DNA of 64,000 nucleotides from an uncultured Ignavibacteriaceae bacterium (GCA_964581995.1 CAZOQB010000003.1:41989-105988), one strand, 5' to 3'. Counted from the first letter of the stretch, positions 9,902 through 19,637 are shown. Translations and numbers: made by a program. The notes: generated from the letters alone by a model not told the origin.

Positions 9902-10734
9902 GACAAAATATCCTTTCTCCGGAAAATATAGAGGGTCAATAAAAAGAATCCGCAACAATAAGCTGCAAGATATCCTATCCATTCTATATATGCTTTCCAA
10001 TCAATCGGTTCCTCGAAAGCTTTCATCCATACAGTAAAATAAGTTGTGAAAAGATACGGTTTATACGGTTCAAAGAATTTCACAGGCAACTGACTAATTA
10101 TTAGGAATACAATCAACACAGCCATCGTCCCGATTATCGGTCCGATTGCATTCTCGACGAACGACGAGAGTAAAAAAGCAAGCGATGCTACTGTCCACAT
10201 ACCAAAAATTGCACCCACAAATGCTACCGCGAAGCGCCACCACAATTCATCAGCCGGCAGTAATACAATCTCCTTCCCAAAAATTATCAGGTCGCCGCTG
10301 CCGAATATCAGTAATCCTAAACCGAGGCTTAACAATGCTAAAAATAAAATAAATATAGTCGTGTAAAAAATTGTCGTTGTGTATTTGATTATAAGAATTT
10401 TCATTCTTGAGAACGGTCGCGTTAGCAGGATGCGATAAGTTCCCGCAGTTGCCTCGCCGGCGAGCATATCTCCGGCAACGAGCGTTATAAGAAATGGAAT
10501 GTGCACAAACAGACTGTTCATAATGAGATGAGTAATGAACCAGCCGTTAAAAAGATTGCCTACAAAAATAAAATCGTTCTGAAGCTGACGAGTTGCACCT
10601 TGAATGAAATGACCGCCTTCTAACCTCATCGCCAGCATGATGAGAGGAACGATAACTGCGAGAGTGATAAAGCCGATATACGTTCTCCACTTTTTAAAAA
10701 TTTTACGGGTTTCGAGTATAAATACTTTAAACAT
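9898..10734 (-). CDS. ABC-2 family transporter permease
   Basis: Six TM helices. Overlaps the ATPase gene. Confidence 0.8.
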   Translation of the reverse strand: MFKVFILETRKIFKKWRTYIGFITLAVIVPLIMLAMRLEGGHFIQGATRQLQNDFIFVGNLFNGWFITHLIMNSLFVHIPFLITLVAGDMLAGEATAGTYRILLTRPFSRMKILIIKYTTTIFYTTIFILFLALLSLGLGLLIFGSGDLIIFGKEIVLLPADELWWRFAVAFVGAIFGMWTVASLAFLLSSFVENAIGPIIGTMAVLIVFLIISQLPVKFFEPYKPYLFTTYFTVWMKAFEEPIDWKAYIEWIGYLAAYCCGFFLLTLYIFRRKDILS

Positions 10735-11644
10735 CGGAGGCTCCTTCGGTCATTTCCAAGAAATAATCCTCCAACGACCTTCGCGGAATGATAGCGCTTA
10801 CACTGATATCATTCTTTACAAGCGCCTCGTTAATTTGTGCCGCATAAATTAGCGGCGAATAAACCAATATTGTTCCGTTGCGTTTCTCCGTTTTACTGAC
10901 GAATGGCAGTGATTTAATAATTTGTTCGGCTTTATCTTTTGGAGAGGCGATTATTTGAATGTACTGTTCGCCGCTATTCAACAACTCCTGTACATTTCCT
11001 TGTACGACTAATTTACCCTTGTTTATAATTGCCATGCGGTTTGAGACAAGTTCTATTTCGTTTAAGAGGTGGGACGACAAGAAAATAGTGATGTTGTGTT
11101 CATTGGAAAGAGATCGTATTAACTCTCTCACCTCCTTCATACCTTGAGGGTCGAGACCTGATGTCGGTTCGTCGAGAATTATCAGCTCCGGATTTCCCAA
11201 AAGCGCTTGCGCGATGCCAAGCCGTTGTTTCATCCCGTGCGAATAAGTTTTTACTTTATCCTTGATACGGTCGCGGAGTTTGACTATGTCCAGCACTTCT
11301 TCAATTCGTTTTCTGCTTACTCCGCCATAAAGTGCACCGATAAAATTTAAGTTATCGTACGCGGAGAGATGTCCGTAAAAATCCGGTTTCTCAACAAATC
11401 CTCCAATGCGTTTTAAAACTTCTTTGCGATGTCCGCTAACAGATTTACCAAAGAGTGATATATTTCCACCGGTCGGATTGATTAGTGTAAGAAACATTCT
11501 TATCGTGGTACTTTTACCTGCACCGTTTGGACCTAAAAATCCGTACACGTCGCCTCTATAAACCTCAATGTTTAAATCACTTACCGCATAACGTTTTTTA
11601 TAACGTTTAGCAAGGTTGTGCGTATGTAGTATTATTTCAGACAT
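10727..11644 (-). CDS. ABC transporter ATP-binding protein (GldA-like subfamily)
   Basis: Walker A GPNGAGKST, signature YSHGMKQRL, Walker B ILDEPTSGLD. Confidence 0.9.
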   Translation of the reverse strand: MSEIILHTHNLAKRYKKRYAVSDLNIEVYRGDVYGFLGPNGAGKSTTIRMFLTLINPTGGNISLFGKSVSGHRKEVLKRIGGFVEKPDFYGHLSAYDNLNFIGALYGGVSRKRIEEVLDIVKLRDRIKDKVKTYSHGMKQRLGIAQALLGNPELIILDEPTSGLDPQGMKEVRELIRSLSNEHNITIFLSSHLLNEIELVSNRMAIINKGKLVVQGNVQELLNSGEQYIQIIASPKDKAEQIIKSLPFVSKTEKRNGTILVYSPLIYAAQINEALVKNDISVSAIIPRRSLEDYFLEMTEGASDV

Positions 11645-11781
11645 GTATTAAAAATTTCTTTGTTATGAATATAAATAGATTTTTGGAGAGATGCACAAAT
11701 CTAAAATATAAAATCCGGTTTTATCACTCTTGCTTCTCAAACTCGATTTCCATACCTTTCAATAGATAAATAAAAGGAAGG

Positions 11782-13803
11782 TTGATGCACGAACTCGACA
11801 TACTCAGCGAACTTGTGCTACTACTCGCGGTAATAATAGTTGTGATTTCTATTTTCAGAAAAATTAATATTCCACCGCTTGTGGGTTTCTTGATCAGTGG
11901 ACTAATCATCGGTCCTTACGGAATTAAACTAGTCAAGAATATAGAAGCGGTAAATGTTCTTGCTGAAGTCGGTGTTGTGCTTTTACTTTTTACAATCGGA
12001 CTTGAGTTTTCGTTAATGCGATTAAAACGGATTAAGAAAATTGTTTTGATAGGCGGTGGCTTACAAGTTCTCTTAACTATTATAGTCGTAACATTTTTAC
12101 AAATGGTGATGGGTTTGGAGTTTCGGCAATCACTCTTCGTGGGCTTTTTAATCTCACTCAGCAGTACCGCAATTGTAATGAAACTGCTTACCGAAAAAGC
12201 AGAAACAGATACACCTCACGGGAAGATATCTCTCGGCATTTTGCTTTTTCAAGATTTATGCATCGTTCCGATGATGTTATTGGTTCCAGTTCTTGCTGCT
12301 TCGAGCGGGACCACTGTCATTGATGTTGTACTGAATTTTATAATTTCACTCGCTGGCATAGGTGTTATAATTGTAGCCGCTATCTACCTAATGCCCAAGT
12401 TGGTAGAGTTTTTAGTTCTTGCTAAAAGTCGAGAACTGTTTGTAATTGGTGTTGTGTTTTTGAGTTTAGGAACAGCACTCGTTACTTCGTACGTTGGACT
12501 ATCGCTCGCTTTAGGAGCGTTCATCGCCGGCTTAATTTTATCAGAATCTGAATACTCGCATGAAATCGTAGGCGCTGCTTTGCCGTTTCGAGATGCACTA
12601 AGCAGTCTGTTCTTCATTTCAATCGGAATGTTGGTGAACATTAATTTACTTTTTGAAAAATCGGTTCTCTTAATTTTTATCTCGGCAATAATCGTGGCGA
12701 TAAAATTTATCATTGCTGCTTTAGTAGTTTTGTATCTTTCATTTCCGGCACGAACTGCTATCATCGTGGGATTTTCATTATCTCAAATTGGTGAGTTTTC
12801 ATTTATACTCGCACTGGCTGGAATATCATCCGGACTGATGAACAACGAAACGTATCAAATGTTTTTGGGTGCATCCATAATAACTATGATATTGACTCCG
12901 TTGTTCATTCAATTTTCCACTCCAACGGCACATTTCCTTCAAAAAATATTACCTCACAAAATCATCACGCACTTCTTTAATCGAATTGTTGCCGATGAAG
13001 TGGTTGATAAATACACACTATCTGATCTTAAAAATCACGTGATAATCGTAGGATATGGATTGAATGGAAAAAATGTTGCATCGGTTTTAAAAGAAACAGG
13101 AATTAAATATTTGATGGTTGATTTAAACGGTGAGACCGTCAAAGCCGCACGGAAGTTAGGAGAAAATGTAATATATGGCGATGCTACACGAAAAGAAATG
13201 CTGCAGCACTTAGGTATTGAGACTGCGCGCGTATTAGTGATTTCGATTTCAGACTCGGACGCAATGAGGCGGATATTAAAAACTGCCCGAAACCTTAACC
13301 CGGATTTACACATTATATCTAGAACGAGGTCGGTTGCTGATATCGAAGATCTATACAAATTAGGCTCGGATGAAGTAATTCCTGAAGAGTTTGAAACTTC
13401 GATTGAAATATTTATGCGAGTTCTACGGCAGTATCATTTGCCTCGAAACATAATTGCAGCACAAGTTGATTTGATACGGCGTGAAGGATACGGAATGTTC
13501 CGCGGACTGAAACTCCCCGATGCAACGATGGACCAATTAACCGCAATACTCGCGGCAGGGACGACAGATACATTTCTCGTTTTAAATGAGTCGCCCGCTT
13601 GTGGAAAAACTTTAGCCGACTTAAATTTACGATTTCTTTCGGGATGCTCCGTAATCGCAGTCGTCCGCGATAATAAGCCGACTACAAACCCACCCGCTGA
13701 TTTAAAAATAGAACCGGGTGACGTTATGGTGCTCTTAGGAACACACGCCGAGATAGATAAAGCGTTTGATTTATTAAGCCCGCCGAGGATGGAAGAAGGC
13801 TGA
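11782..13803 (+). CDS. CPA2 family cation:proton antiporter (Kef-type) with RCK/TrkA-N and TrkA-C domains
   Basis: N-terminal ~390-aa multi-TM Na_H exchanger domain. IIVGYGLNG Rossmann (TrkA-N). C-terminal TrkA-C. Confidence 0.85.
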   Translation: MMHELDILSELVLLLAVIIVVISIFRKINIPPLVGFLISGLIIGPYGIKLVKNIEAVNVLAEVGVVLLLFTIGLEFSLMRLKRIKKIVLIGGGLQVLLTIIVVTFLQMVMGLEFRQSLFVGFLISLSSTAIVMKLLTEKAETDTPHGKISLGILLFQDLCIVPMMLLVPVLAASSGTTVIDVVLNFIISLAGIGVIIVAAIYLMPKLVEFLVLAKSRELFVIGVVFLSLGTALVTSYVGLSLALGAFIAGLILSESEYSHEIVGAALPFRDALSSLFFISIGMLVNINLLFEKSVLLIFISAIIVAIKFIIAALVVLYLSFPARTAIIVGFSLSQIGEFSFILALAGISSGLMNNETYQMFLGASIITMILTPLFIQFSTPTAHFLQKILPHKIITHFFNRIVADEVVDKYTLSDLKNHVIIVGYGLNGKNVASVLKETGIKYLMVDLNGETVKAARKLGENVIYGDATRKEMLQHLGIETARVLVISISDSDAMRRILKTARNLNPDLHIISRTRSVADIEDLYKLGSDEVIPEEFETSIEIFMRVLRQYHLPRNIIAAQVDLIRREGYGMFRGLKLPDATMDQLTAILAAGTTDTFLVLNESPACGKTLADLNLRFLSGCSVIAVVRDNKPTTNPPADLKIEPGDVMVLLGTHAEIDKAFDLLSPPRMEEG

Positions 13804-14134
13804 TAGTCAATGGTTATTGATTAATGATTAATTGGCAATTAGCAATTCGGAATTCGTAATTCGTAATTGTTAATGGTTAATGTCCGATCGGAATAGCGGA
13901 TGAATAAATTGGTGGATTGGTGGAGTGATGGAGTTATGTAAAAATAAAAAGAAGGGCCGAAACGGAGATTCGGGGTTTTAAAAATTAAGCGTTGGTTTTA
14001 TACCTCACAATTTTGTATTTTAAACACCATTATATGCAAAACATAAAACATATTGATTCACTTGAGTTATCGGAACTTCAGTCATATCGAACAATGCGTC
14101 GGGCGGCTGGGCACGTCAAGCAAGGAATATTTGT
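13488..14134. repeat. Direct repeat copy 1 (kef 3' end, intergenic region, 5' end of TrmH-like gene)
   Basis: Near-identical to 15322..15892, apart from an internal low-complexity indel of about 70 bp at 13805-13895 and a few SNPs. Confidence 0.85.
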
Positions 14135-14239
14135 AACTTCATATGAGAAAAGGAAACTAAATTCTTGAAGAGCTATATTGCTAATCTTGAGAAGAAGATT
14201 ATCCCTAAACAGAAAAATATTTCAAAGGGTGCTTGACCC

Positions 14240-15292
14240 GTGATAAAGAGATTAAATCAAAGACGGAAAGGAGCTTTTACGGTGAAATTGATAAAACGAT
14301 TTGATAAACAGTTTTCTGAAGTCGTAAATATGATTCATCATGCTCGCTACGACGCTATCAAAAGCGTAAATGCTGAATTGGTAAAACTGTATTGGAGCAT
14401 TGGCGAATATATTAACAAAAAGATTGCAGCGGCTGAGTGGGGCGATGCTGTTGTTGACCAACTTGCCGATTATATTCAAGTAAACTATCCGGAATTTAAA
14501 GGTTTTACGCGTCGCGGGTTATATCGAATGCGCCAGTTTTATGAAACATACCACCGTAACAAATTTGTGTCAACACTGTTGACACAAATCAGTTGGTCCA
14601 GTCATCTGCACATCCTTTCTAAAACAAAAACCGTCGAAGAAAAAGCATTTTATCTCCGTCTTGCTGTAAAGGAACAATATTCCGTTCGTGAATTAGAACG
14701 CCAAATGGAAAGCGGTTATTACGAACGAGTCATGCTAACCAAGAAAAAAGTGTCATCACCGCTGACACAAACCACTAAAGACATTACCACCGTATTCAAG
14801 GATACTTATATTCTGGATTTTTTAAACCTTCCAGAAATTCACAGCGAAAAAGATTTGCAGAAAAGTATAGTTTCGAATTTGAGAGATTTTATTCTTGAAT
14901 TCGGAAAAGATTTCGCTTTTATCGGACAGGAATACCACCTACAGGTGGGTAAAAACGATTATTTTATCGATCTGCTTTTCTTTCATCGCGGCATCCAATG
15001 TCTTGTTATGGTTGAGCTTAAAATCACCGATTTCAAACCGGAATATCTTGGGAAAATGAATTTTTACCTTGAAGCGTTAGACAGAGACATTAAAAAAGAA
15101 AATGAAAATCCCAGTGTCGGCATTATTTTATGCAAGTCAAAAGACGATGAGGTTGTGGAGTACGCATTAAGCCGTCATCTTTCGCCAACGCTCGTAGCCG
15201 AATATAAAACAAAATTAATACCTAAGAAAATATTGCAAAAAAAATTGCACGAGCTTTTTCTTTTGCGAGAGAAAAAAATCGATGGAAACTAA
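14240..15292 (+). CDS. DUF1016/YhcG family PD-(D/E)xK nuclease
   Basis: YhcG_N-type motif ISWSSHLHIL. C-terminal nuclease core D(x)n-ELK (FIDLLFFHRGIQCLVMVELK). The GTG at 14240 is one possible start, the ATG at 14330 another. Confidence 0.7.
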   Translation: MIKRLNQRRKGAFTVKLIKRFDKQFSEVVNMIHHARYDAIKSVNAELVKLYWSIGEYINKKIAAAEWGDAVVDQLADYIQVNYPEFKGFTRRGLYRMRQFYETYHRNKFVSTLLTQISWSSHLHILSKTKTVEEKAFYLRLAVKEQYSVRELERQMESGYYERVMLTKKKVSSPLTQTTKDITTVFKDTYILDFLNLPEIHSEKDLQKSIVSNLRDFILEFGKDFAFIGQEYHLQVGKNDYFIDLLFFHRGIQCLVMVELKITDFKPEYLGKMNFYLEALDRDIKKENENPSVGIILCKSKDDEVVEYALSRHLSPTLVAEYKTKLIPKKILQKKLHELFLLREKKIDGN

Positions 15293-15321
15293 TTGGGCGA
15301 AATAAGTGAAATAACCAATGA

Positions 15322-15637
15322 ATACGGAATGTTCCGCGGACTGAAACTCCCCGATGCAACGATGGACCAATTAACCGCAATACTCGCGGCAGGGACGACA
15401 GATACATTTCTCGTTTTAAATGAGTCGCCCGCTTGTGGAAAAACTTTAGCCGACTTAAATTTACGATTTCTTTCGGGATGCTCCGTAATCGCAGTCGTCC
15501 GCGATAATAAGCCGACTACAAACCCACCCGCTGATTTAAAAATAGAACCGGGTGACGTTATGGTGCTCTTAGGAACACATGCCGAGATAGATAAAGCGTT
15601 TGATTTATTAAGCCCGCCGAGGATGGAAGAAGGTTAA
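15322..15637 (+). pseudogene. Duplicated 3' fragment of the kef gene (TrkA-C region)
   Basis: Encodes YGMFRGLKLPDATMDQL...PPRMEEG, identical to the Kef C-terminus at 13488..13803. No N-terminal part is present. Confidence 0.8.
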
Positions 15638-15892
15638 TGGTCAGTCGGAATAGTGGATGAATAAATTGGTGGATTGGTGGAGTGATGGAGTTATGTAAAA
15701 ATAAAAAGAAGGGCCGAAACGGAGATTCGGGGTTTTAAAAATTAAGCGTTGGTTTTATACCTCACAATTTTGTATTTTAAACACCATTATATGCAAAACA
15801 TAAAACATATTGATTCACTTGAGTTATCGGAACTTCAGCCATACCGAACAATGCGTCGGGCGGCTGGGCACGTCAAGCAAGGAATTTTTGTC
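15322..15892. repeat. Direct repeat copy 2
   Basis: See 13488..14134. Confidence 0.85.
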
Positions 15893-16669
15893 GCCGAAAG
15901 CGAGAAGGTTGTTCGTAAATTGCTTGCGTCTAACATCACCATCATGTCAATGCTTATAACTCCACAATGGTATGAAAATATATTTTCTGATAATCCCCGC
16001 CCGAACGACGAAGGCGGGTGGGCAACAACCCAACAATCGAACGCTACGACAGAATTATCTCCGGACTTTACTATTTACATCGCGGAAAAATCGCTCCTCG
16101 AATCAATAGTCGGATTTGATCTTCACCAGGGTATAATGGCAGTTGCGAAAATTCCTAAGCCGCTATTAATTGAAGAGGTATTAAAACAATCTTTGCAGCC
16201 GTATTTGTTTGTTGCCTTAGATGGACTTACAAATGCGGATAACTTGGGTGTTATTGTAAGAAACTGTGTTGCGTTTGGTGCAACAGGATTGATTGTTGGA
16301 GAGACATCAAGCAGTCCTTATTTAAGGCGCGCAATCAGGCAGTCGATGGGATATGTATTTGACCTTCCGGTTATTCACGTTTCCGATCTTGCAGCGACGC
16401 TGAAATTAATGTCCGCTAAATACAACATCCAAACTATTGCCGCCGATGCGCACGCAAATGTAGTATCGGTCGAGGAAGCAAATTTAAAAGAAAATATTTG
16501 TATCGTTCTCGGAAGTGAAGCAAGCGGAATAAGAAAAAATGTTCTCGACGCGTGTATTGAGAAAGTTACAATTCCTCTCAGTGGTAAAGTTGATTCGCTG
16601 AATGTTGCAAGCGCGAGTGCAATATTTTTATGGGAAGTAAAAAGAAAGAGAATCTCAGATATTAAGTGA
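15791..16669 (+). CDS. TrmH/SpoU-family RNA 2'-O-methyltransferase
   Basis: SPOUT-like C-terminal motifs (LVLGSEASGIRKNVL, IPLSGKVDSLNVASASAI). The ATG at 15791 is the likely start, with a TTG at 15749 as alternative. The 5' end lies inside repeat copy 2. Confidence 0.7.
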   Translation: MQNIKHIDSLELSELQPYRTMRRAAGHVKQGIFVAESEKVVRKLLASNITIMSMLITPQWYENIFSDNPRPNDEGGWATTQQSNATTELSPDFTIYIAEKSLLESIVGFDLHQGIMAVAKIPKPLLIEEVLKQSLQPYLFVALDGLTNADNLGVIVRNCVAFGATGLIVGETSSSPYLRRAIRQSMGYVFDLPVIHVSDLAATLKLMSAKYNIQTIAADAHANVVSVEEANLKENICIVLGSEASGIRKNVLDACIEKVTIPLSGKVDSLNVASASAIFLWEVKRKRISDIK

Positions 16670-16920
16670 ATGGAGTAATGGAGTGGTGGAGCATTGGATA
16701 GATGGACAAATTAAAAACTGAATGTGTATGATAAAAAAATATTTTCTTTAAGAATCATAGAAGCGCTGGAACGGTAGAGGAGGAGTTTGTATTATGATTT
16801 ATTTTCTTTTCATATCGTAAATAGGTTAAACTCGAAAATTGTATTTATTGGCATGATAAGATATTTTGATGTTATCTGTGTGCAGTTAATCAGACCTCAT
16901 AATTACTTCTTTTATACAGA

Positions 16921-18066
16921 TTATAATCCCAAATCGAAACTTATTGCCCAAACGTTATTCTTATAATTATAAAAATCGTCGTTCGATTCGTTTCTGATAT
17001 AATCATACATCAGACTAACGGCAAAACCGTTAAACCAACCGAATTCCTTTTCTAGAATAATTGATAATGAAGAGACATTATCCATACGTTGATTCGCCTT
17101 TATACTGTCGAGTAAATCGTAAGCGGGACGATTCGTATAATTTTTATTTCGATAAGCAAAAGATATTCTAGTCATCATTGACCAAGGCAGGATATGAGTT
17201 AGGGCAGCATCGAAGCTTGCCCCCTCGTAGCCATAATTATCGTCGAACAAATCATCGTCCGAAACAATATATCCCGAAGAAAGATACCTCGTTTCCTCTT
17301 GTAAATTACTCTGATAGCCCGCCGTAACGCTTATCCCTGTTTCATCAAATATTGATTGGGCGATTCGAGCGTTACCAGATAGTTGAATTACACTCGGCTT
17401 ACTATCATCTACAGTACTACTGTTCCTTCCCATACCAGAAGTAATAGCAGTTGTTTCCGGCGGAGCGTTAGTATAGGTCTTTACACCGAGGTTAGCTTCG
17501 AACGCTAACGTCGTTCTCGAAGGGAAAAAATTCATAATTTGTGCAAAGAAATAATTCTCTAAATTGTTTAAATCTGCTAACTCTTTGTAAGTCAAATATT
17601 TTATCCTATAACCTAACTTGCCGAATGTTCTTTCGGATAATTGATGTTTGACATTCAAGTAACCCACGTACTGACTATTGTCAAAATAGGCGAATTCTTC
17701 TCTTCCGACCATCGTATTATAATTTGCGCCTACGTTTAGTGCGGTTTCCGATTCTTCACCATAAAGTTTTGAATAGACAAACCCGGTTGAATGTGCGTGA
17801 GATGTTCTGGCAATGATGTTCTGATAATAATTGAACGACCCTATGTAAAATATTTGCAGGTTATAAGTATCATTATTAAAATCATAACCAGATTGAAGTG
17901 AAAATTGTGTTAACCGGTCGAATGTGTTAAGGTAGTTATTATTCACATTATCGTCGAAGGCATTATGAATGCCTGTATTCAACACAAACTGTGATTGAGC
18001 AACCGAGAAATTGATAAGCACAGATAATACTAATCCTACGCCGTAAAAGAAATTAATTTTTTTCAT
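16921..18066 (-). CDS. Outer-membrane beta-barrel protein, hypothetical
   Basis: Signal peptide, alternating aromatic beta-strand pattern, C-terminal F. Confidence 0.5.
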   Translation of the reverse strand: MKKINFFYGVGLVLSVLINFSVAQSQFVLNTGIHNAFDDNVNNNYLNTFDRLTQFSLQSGYDFNNDTYNLQIFYIGSFNYYQNIIARTSHAHSTGFVYSKLYGEESETALNVGANYNTMVGREEFAYFDNSQYVGYLNVKHQLSERTFGKLGYRIKYLTYKELADLNNLENYFFAQIMNFFPSRTTLAFEANLGVKTYTNAPPETTAITSGMGRNSSTVDDSKPSVIQLSGNARIAQSIFDETGISVTAGYQSNLQEETRYLSSGYIVSDDDLFDDNYGYEGASFDAALTHILPWSMMTRISFAYRNKNYTNRPAYDLLDSIKANQRMDNVSSLSIILEKEFGWFNGFAVSLMYDYIRNESNDDFYNYKNNVWAISFDLGL

Positions 18067-18074
18067 AACTCTTA

Positions 18075-18398
18075 TTACCTGTCTGCCGATCTTTTATGTC
18101 CACCTTGCTTGGTTTGCATGTCACCCTGCCGAAGTCGTAAACCGACTCCGCCTGAACGTCCATCGCATATTCCGTCGCCGTCTAAGTCAATAAATCTATC
18201 GCGCATACGTTTCTGTTTCCCTTCACCTTGTTGTTTTTCTAATCTATCGTCGACCCCGTTTGCATTTTCATCTAGAAAATTTTTATTCTTTTCAGTTTCT
18301 TTTACTTTTTTAATACTCGATGTATCTGAAGAAATCTGAGCAGAAGCGAAGGAGCCAAGCAGAACTAGCAGCATTAATATTTTTATAAAGTTTTTCAT
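18075..18398 (-). CDS. Small secreted protein with a DxDGDG calcium-binding-like motif
   Basis: Signal peptide. Motif FIDLDGDGICDG. Confidence 0.45.
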   Translation of the reverse strand: MKNFIKILMLLVLLGSFASAQISSDTSSIKKVKETEKNKNFLDENANGVDDRLEKQQGEGKQKRMRDRFIDLDGDGICDGRSGGVGLRLRQGDMQTKQGGHKRSADR

Positions 18399-18485
18399 AA
18401 TGATTCCATCAATTTATTAGTTAATATACTACAGATGCAGGACAAATAAAAATTCTTGCCCTGCATCTGAGCGGAGTTACAATAA

Positions 18486-18926
18486 TTATCTTTTACTACC
18501 TTTTCCTTTTCCGCTTTTAGCGCCTCGTTTGCCTTCTTTGTCACCTGACCAATTTGGTTTTCCATCTTGATCTGCAAACGACATGCTTTTTCCTTCTTGC
18601 ACAATCTCCCAAGGATAAAATTCATATCTACCTTGAACTTCTTTTACTTCACCTTTGATTTGCGCTTTAACGTTGTGCTTTAGTTGATACTTATTTCGTT
18701 CCCAATACCACTGAGGTCCCATATGAACACGGTATTCTTTTCCGTCTTCATCTTTAAATGTGGCGTAAGGATGTTTTACTTCGACTATAGTTCCTTTCAG
18801 AGTTTGGACTTTATCAACATCTCTTTTTTCGGAACCCTGCGTTGACCTGCCTTCGGTTTGAGCATATACGAAAAACGGCATTAAGAAAGCGGTCAAAATT
18901 GCTGCAAATAATATCACTGTTTTCAT
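18486..18926 (-). CDS. Secreted lysine-rich hypothetical protein
   Basis: Signal peptide. No family assigned. Confidence 0.4.
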   Translation of the reverse strand: MKTVILFAAILTAFLMPFFVYAQTEGRSTQGSEKRDVDKVQTLKGTIVEVKHPYATFKDEDGKEYRVHMGPQWYWERNKYQLKHNVKAQIKGEVKEVQGRYEFYPWEIVQEGKSMSFADQDGKPNWSGDKEGKRGAKSGKGKGSKR

Positions 18927-18974
18927 TTTGTCATCTCCTATTATTGATTTATCGTTTCCGAATTAATTAGTTAT

Positions 18975-19012
18975 ACTATGCTTATTAAAAACGGTAAAGC
19001 GGCGATGGAGTT
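18975..19012 (-). terminator. Rho-independent terminator
   Basis: ggcgatgg-agttttt-ccatcgcc, a perfect 8-bp stem followed on the minus strand by a T-run, right after the stop of the 19045..19575 gene. Confidence 0.6.
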
Positions 19013-19044
19013 TTTCCATCGCCGGCTTTTACCCGCTTTATTGA

Positions 19045-19575
19045 TTACTTGCCTTTGCGTGTTTGTCTAACGCTGCCTTTTGGGCCGGTGCCGTCGCAGT
19101 TACCTGTTCCTGTACCCGGTCCGAATCCTGAACCATCTTTTGGACCTACGCCTTTGTTGCCTGTGCCGTCGCCAGGACCAAATCCGCCGTTACCATTTTT
19201 TGCATTCTTACCGTTCATCATTTTACGACCTGTTCCATCTTGCGGTTTTACGTAGTCAGGGTCTTGTCCGTTTGGAATACCATCTCCATCGGAATCGATT
19301 GCATTGTCGTTTAGACCGTCGCCGTTAAGGTCGATAAAACCCTTTGTGCCTGTTCTGTTTTCTGGTTTTACGTAGTCAGGGTCTTTTCCGTTTGGAATAC
19401 CATCTCCGTCGGAATCGATTGCGTTATCGTTGATACCGTCGCCGTTAAGGTCGATGAAACCTTTTGTTCCTTTGCCACCTTTTGCGGTCTGGGCATTCGC
19501 ATCAGTCGATGCGAATAAGAATACTACTGCTACTAAAGCAAGTAGTGTTGTGAGTAATTTAATTTTGTTTATCAT
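19045..19575 (-). CDS. Secreted protein with tandem thrombospondin-type-3-like calcium-binding repeats
   Basis: Signal peptide. Two near-identical copies of TKGFIDLNGDG(I/L)NDNAIDSDGDGIPNG(K/Q)DPDYVKP. Gly-rich C-terminus. Confidence 0.6.
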   Translation of the reverse strand: MINKIKLLTTLLALVAVVFLFASTDANAQTAKGGKGTKGFIDLNGDGINDNAIDSDGDGIPNGKDPDYVKPENRTGTKGFIDLNGDGLNDNAIDSDGDGIPNGQDPDYVKPQDGTGRKMMNGKNAKNGNGGFGPGDGTGNKGVGPKDGSGFGPGTGTGNCDGTGPKGSVRQTRKGK

Positions 19576-19637
19576 TTTATTAATCCTTTATTTTATTGTT
19601 GTTGAATTAGTTAATTAGTTAATCTTTGATTAGTTTA

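Noticed and set aside
12384-13358. Antisense ORFs within the kef gene (12384..12764 -, 13035..13358 -)
   Set aside because: Nested antisense to a well-supported transporter gene. No motifs.
13805-13895. Possible CRISPR/tandem array (aattcgtaattcgtaattg, attaatgattaattgg)
   Set aside because: Only 2-3 short low-complexity units with no spacer/repeat periodicity of 25-50 nt and no cas genes. It is an indel within repeat copy 1, not a CRISPR array.
18432-18470. 10-bp perfect inverted repeat cagatgcagg..cctgcatctg considered as a terminator
   Set aside because: The loop is 18 nt and no T-run follows on either strand, so it is not a canonical intrinsic terminator. It may be a regulatory or processing hairpin between the secreted-protein genes. 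Not annotated as a feature.
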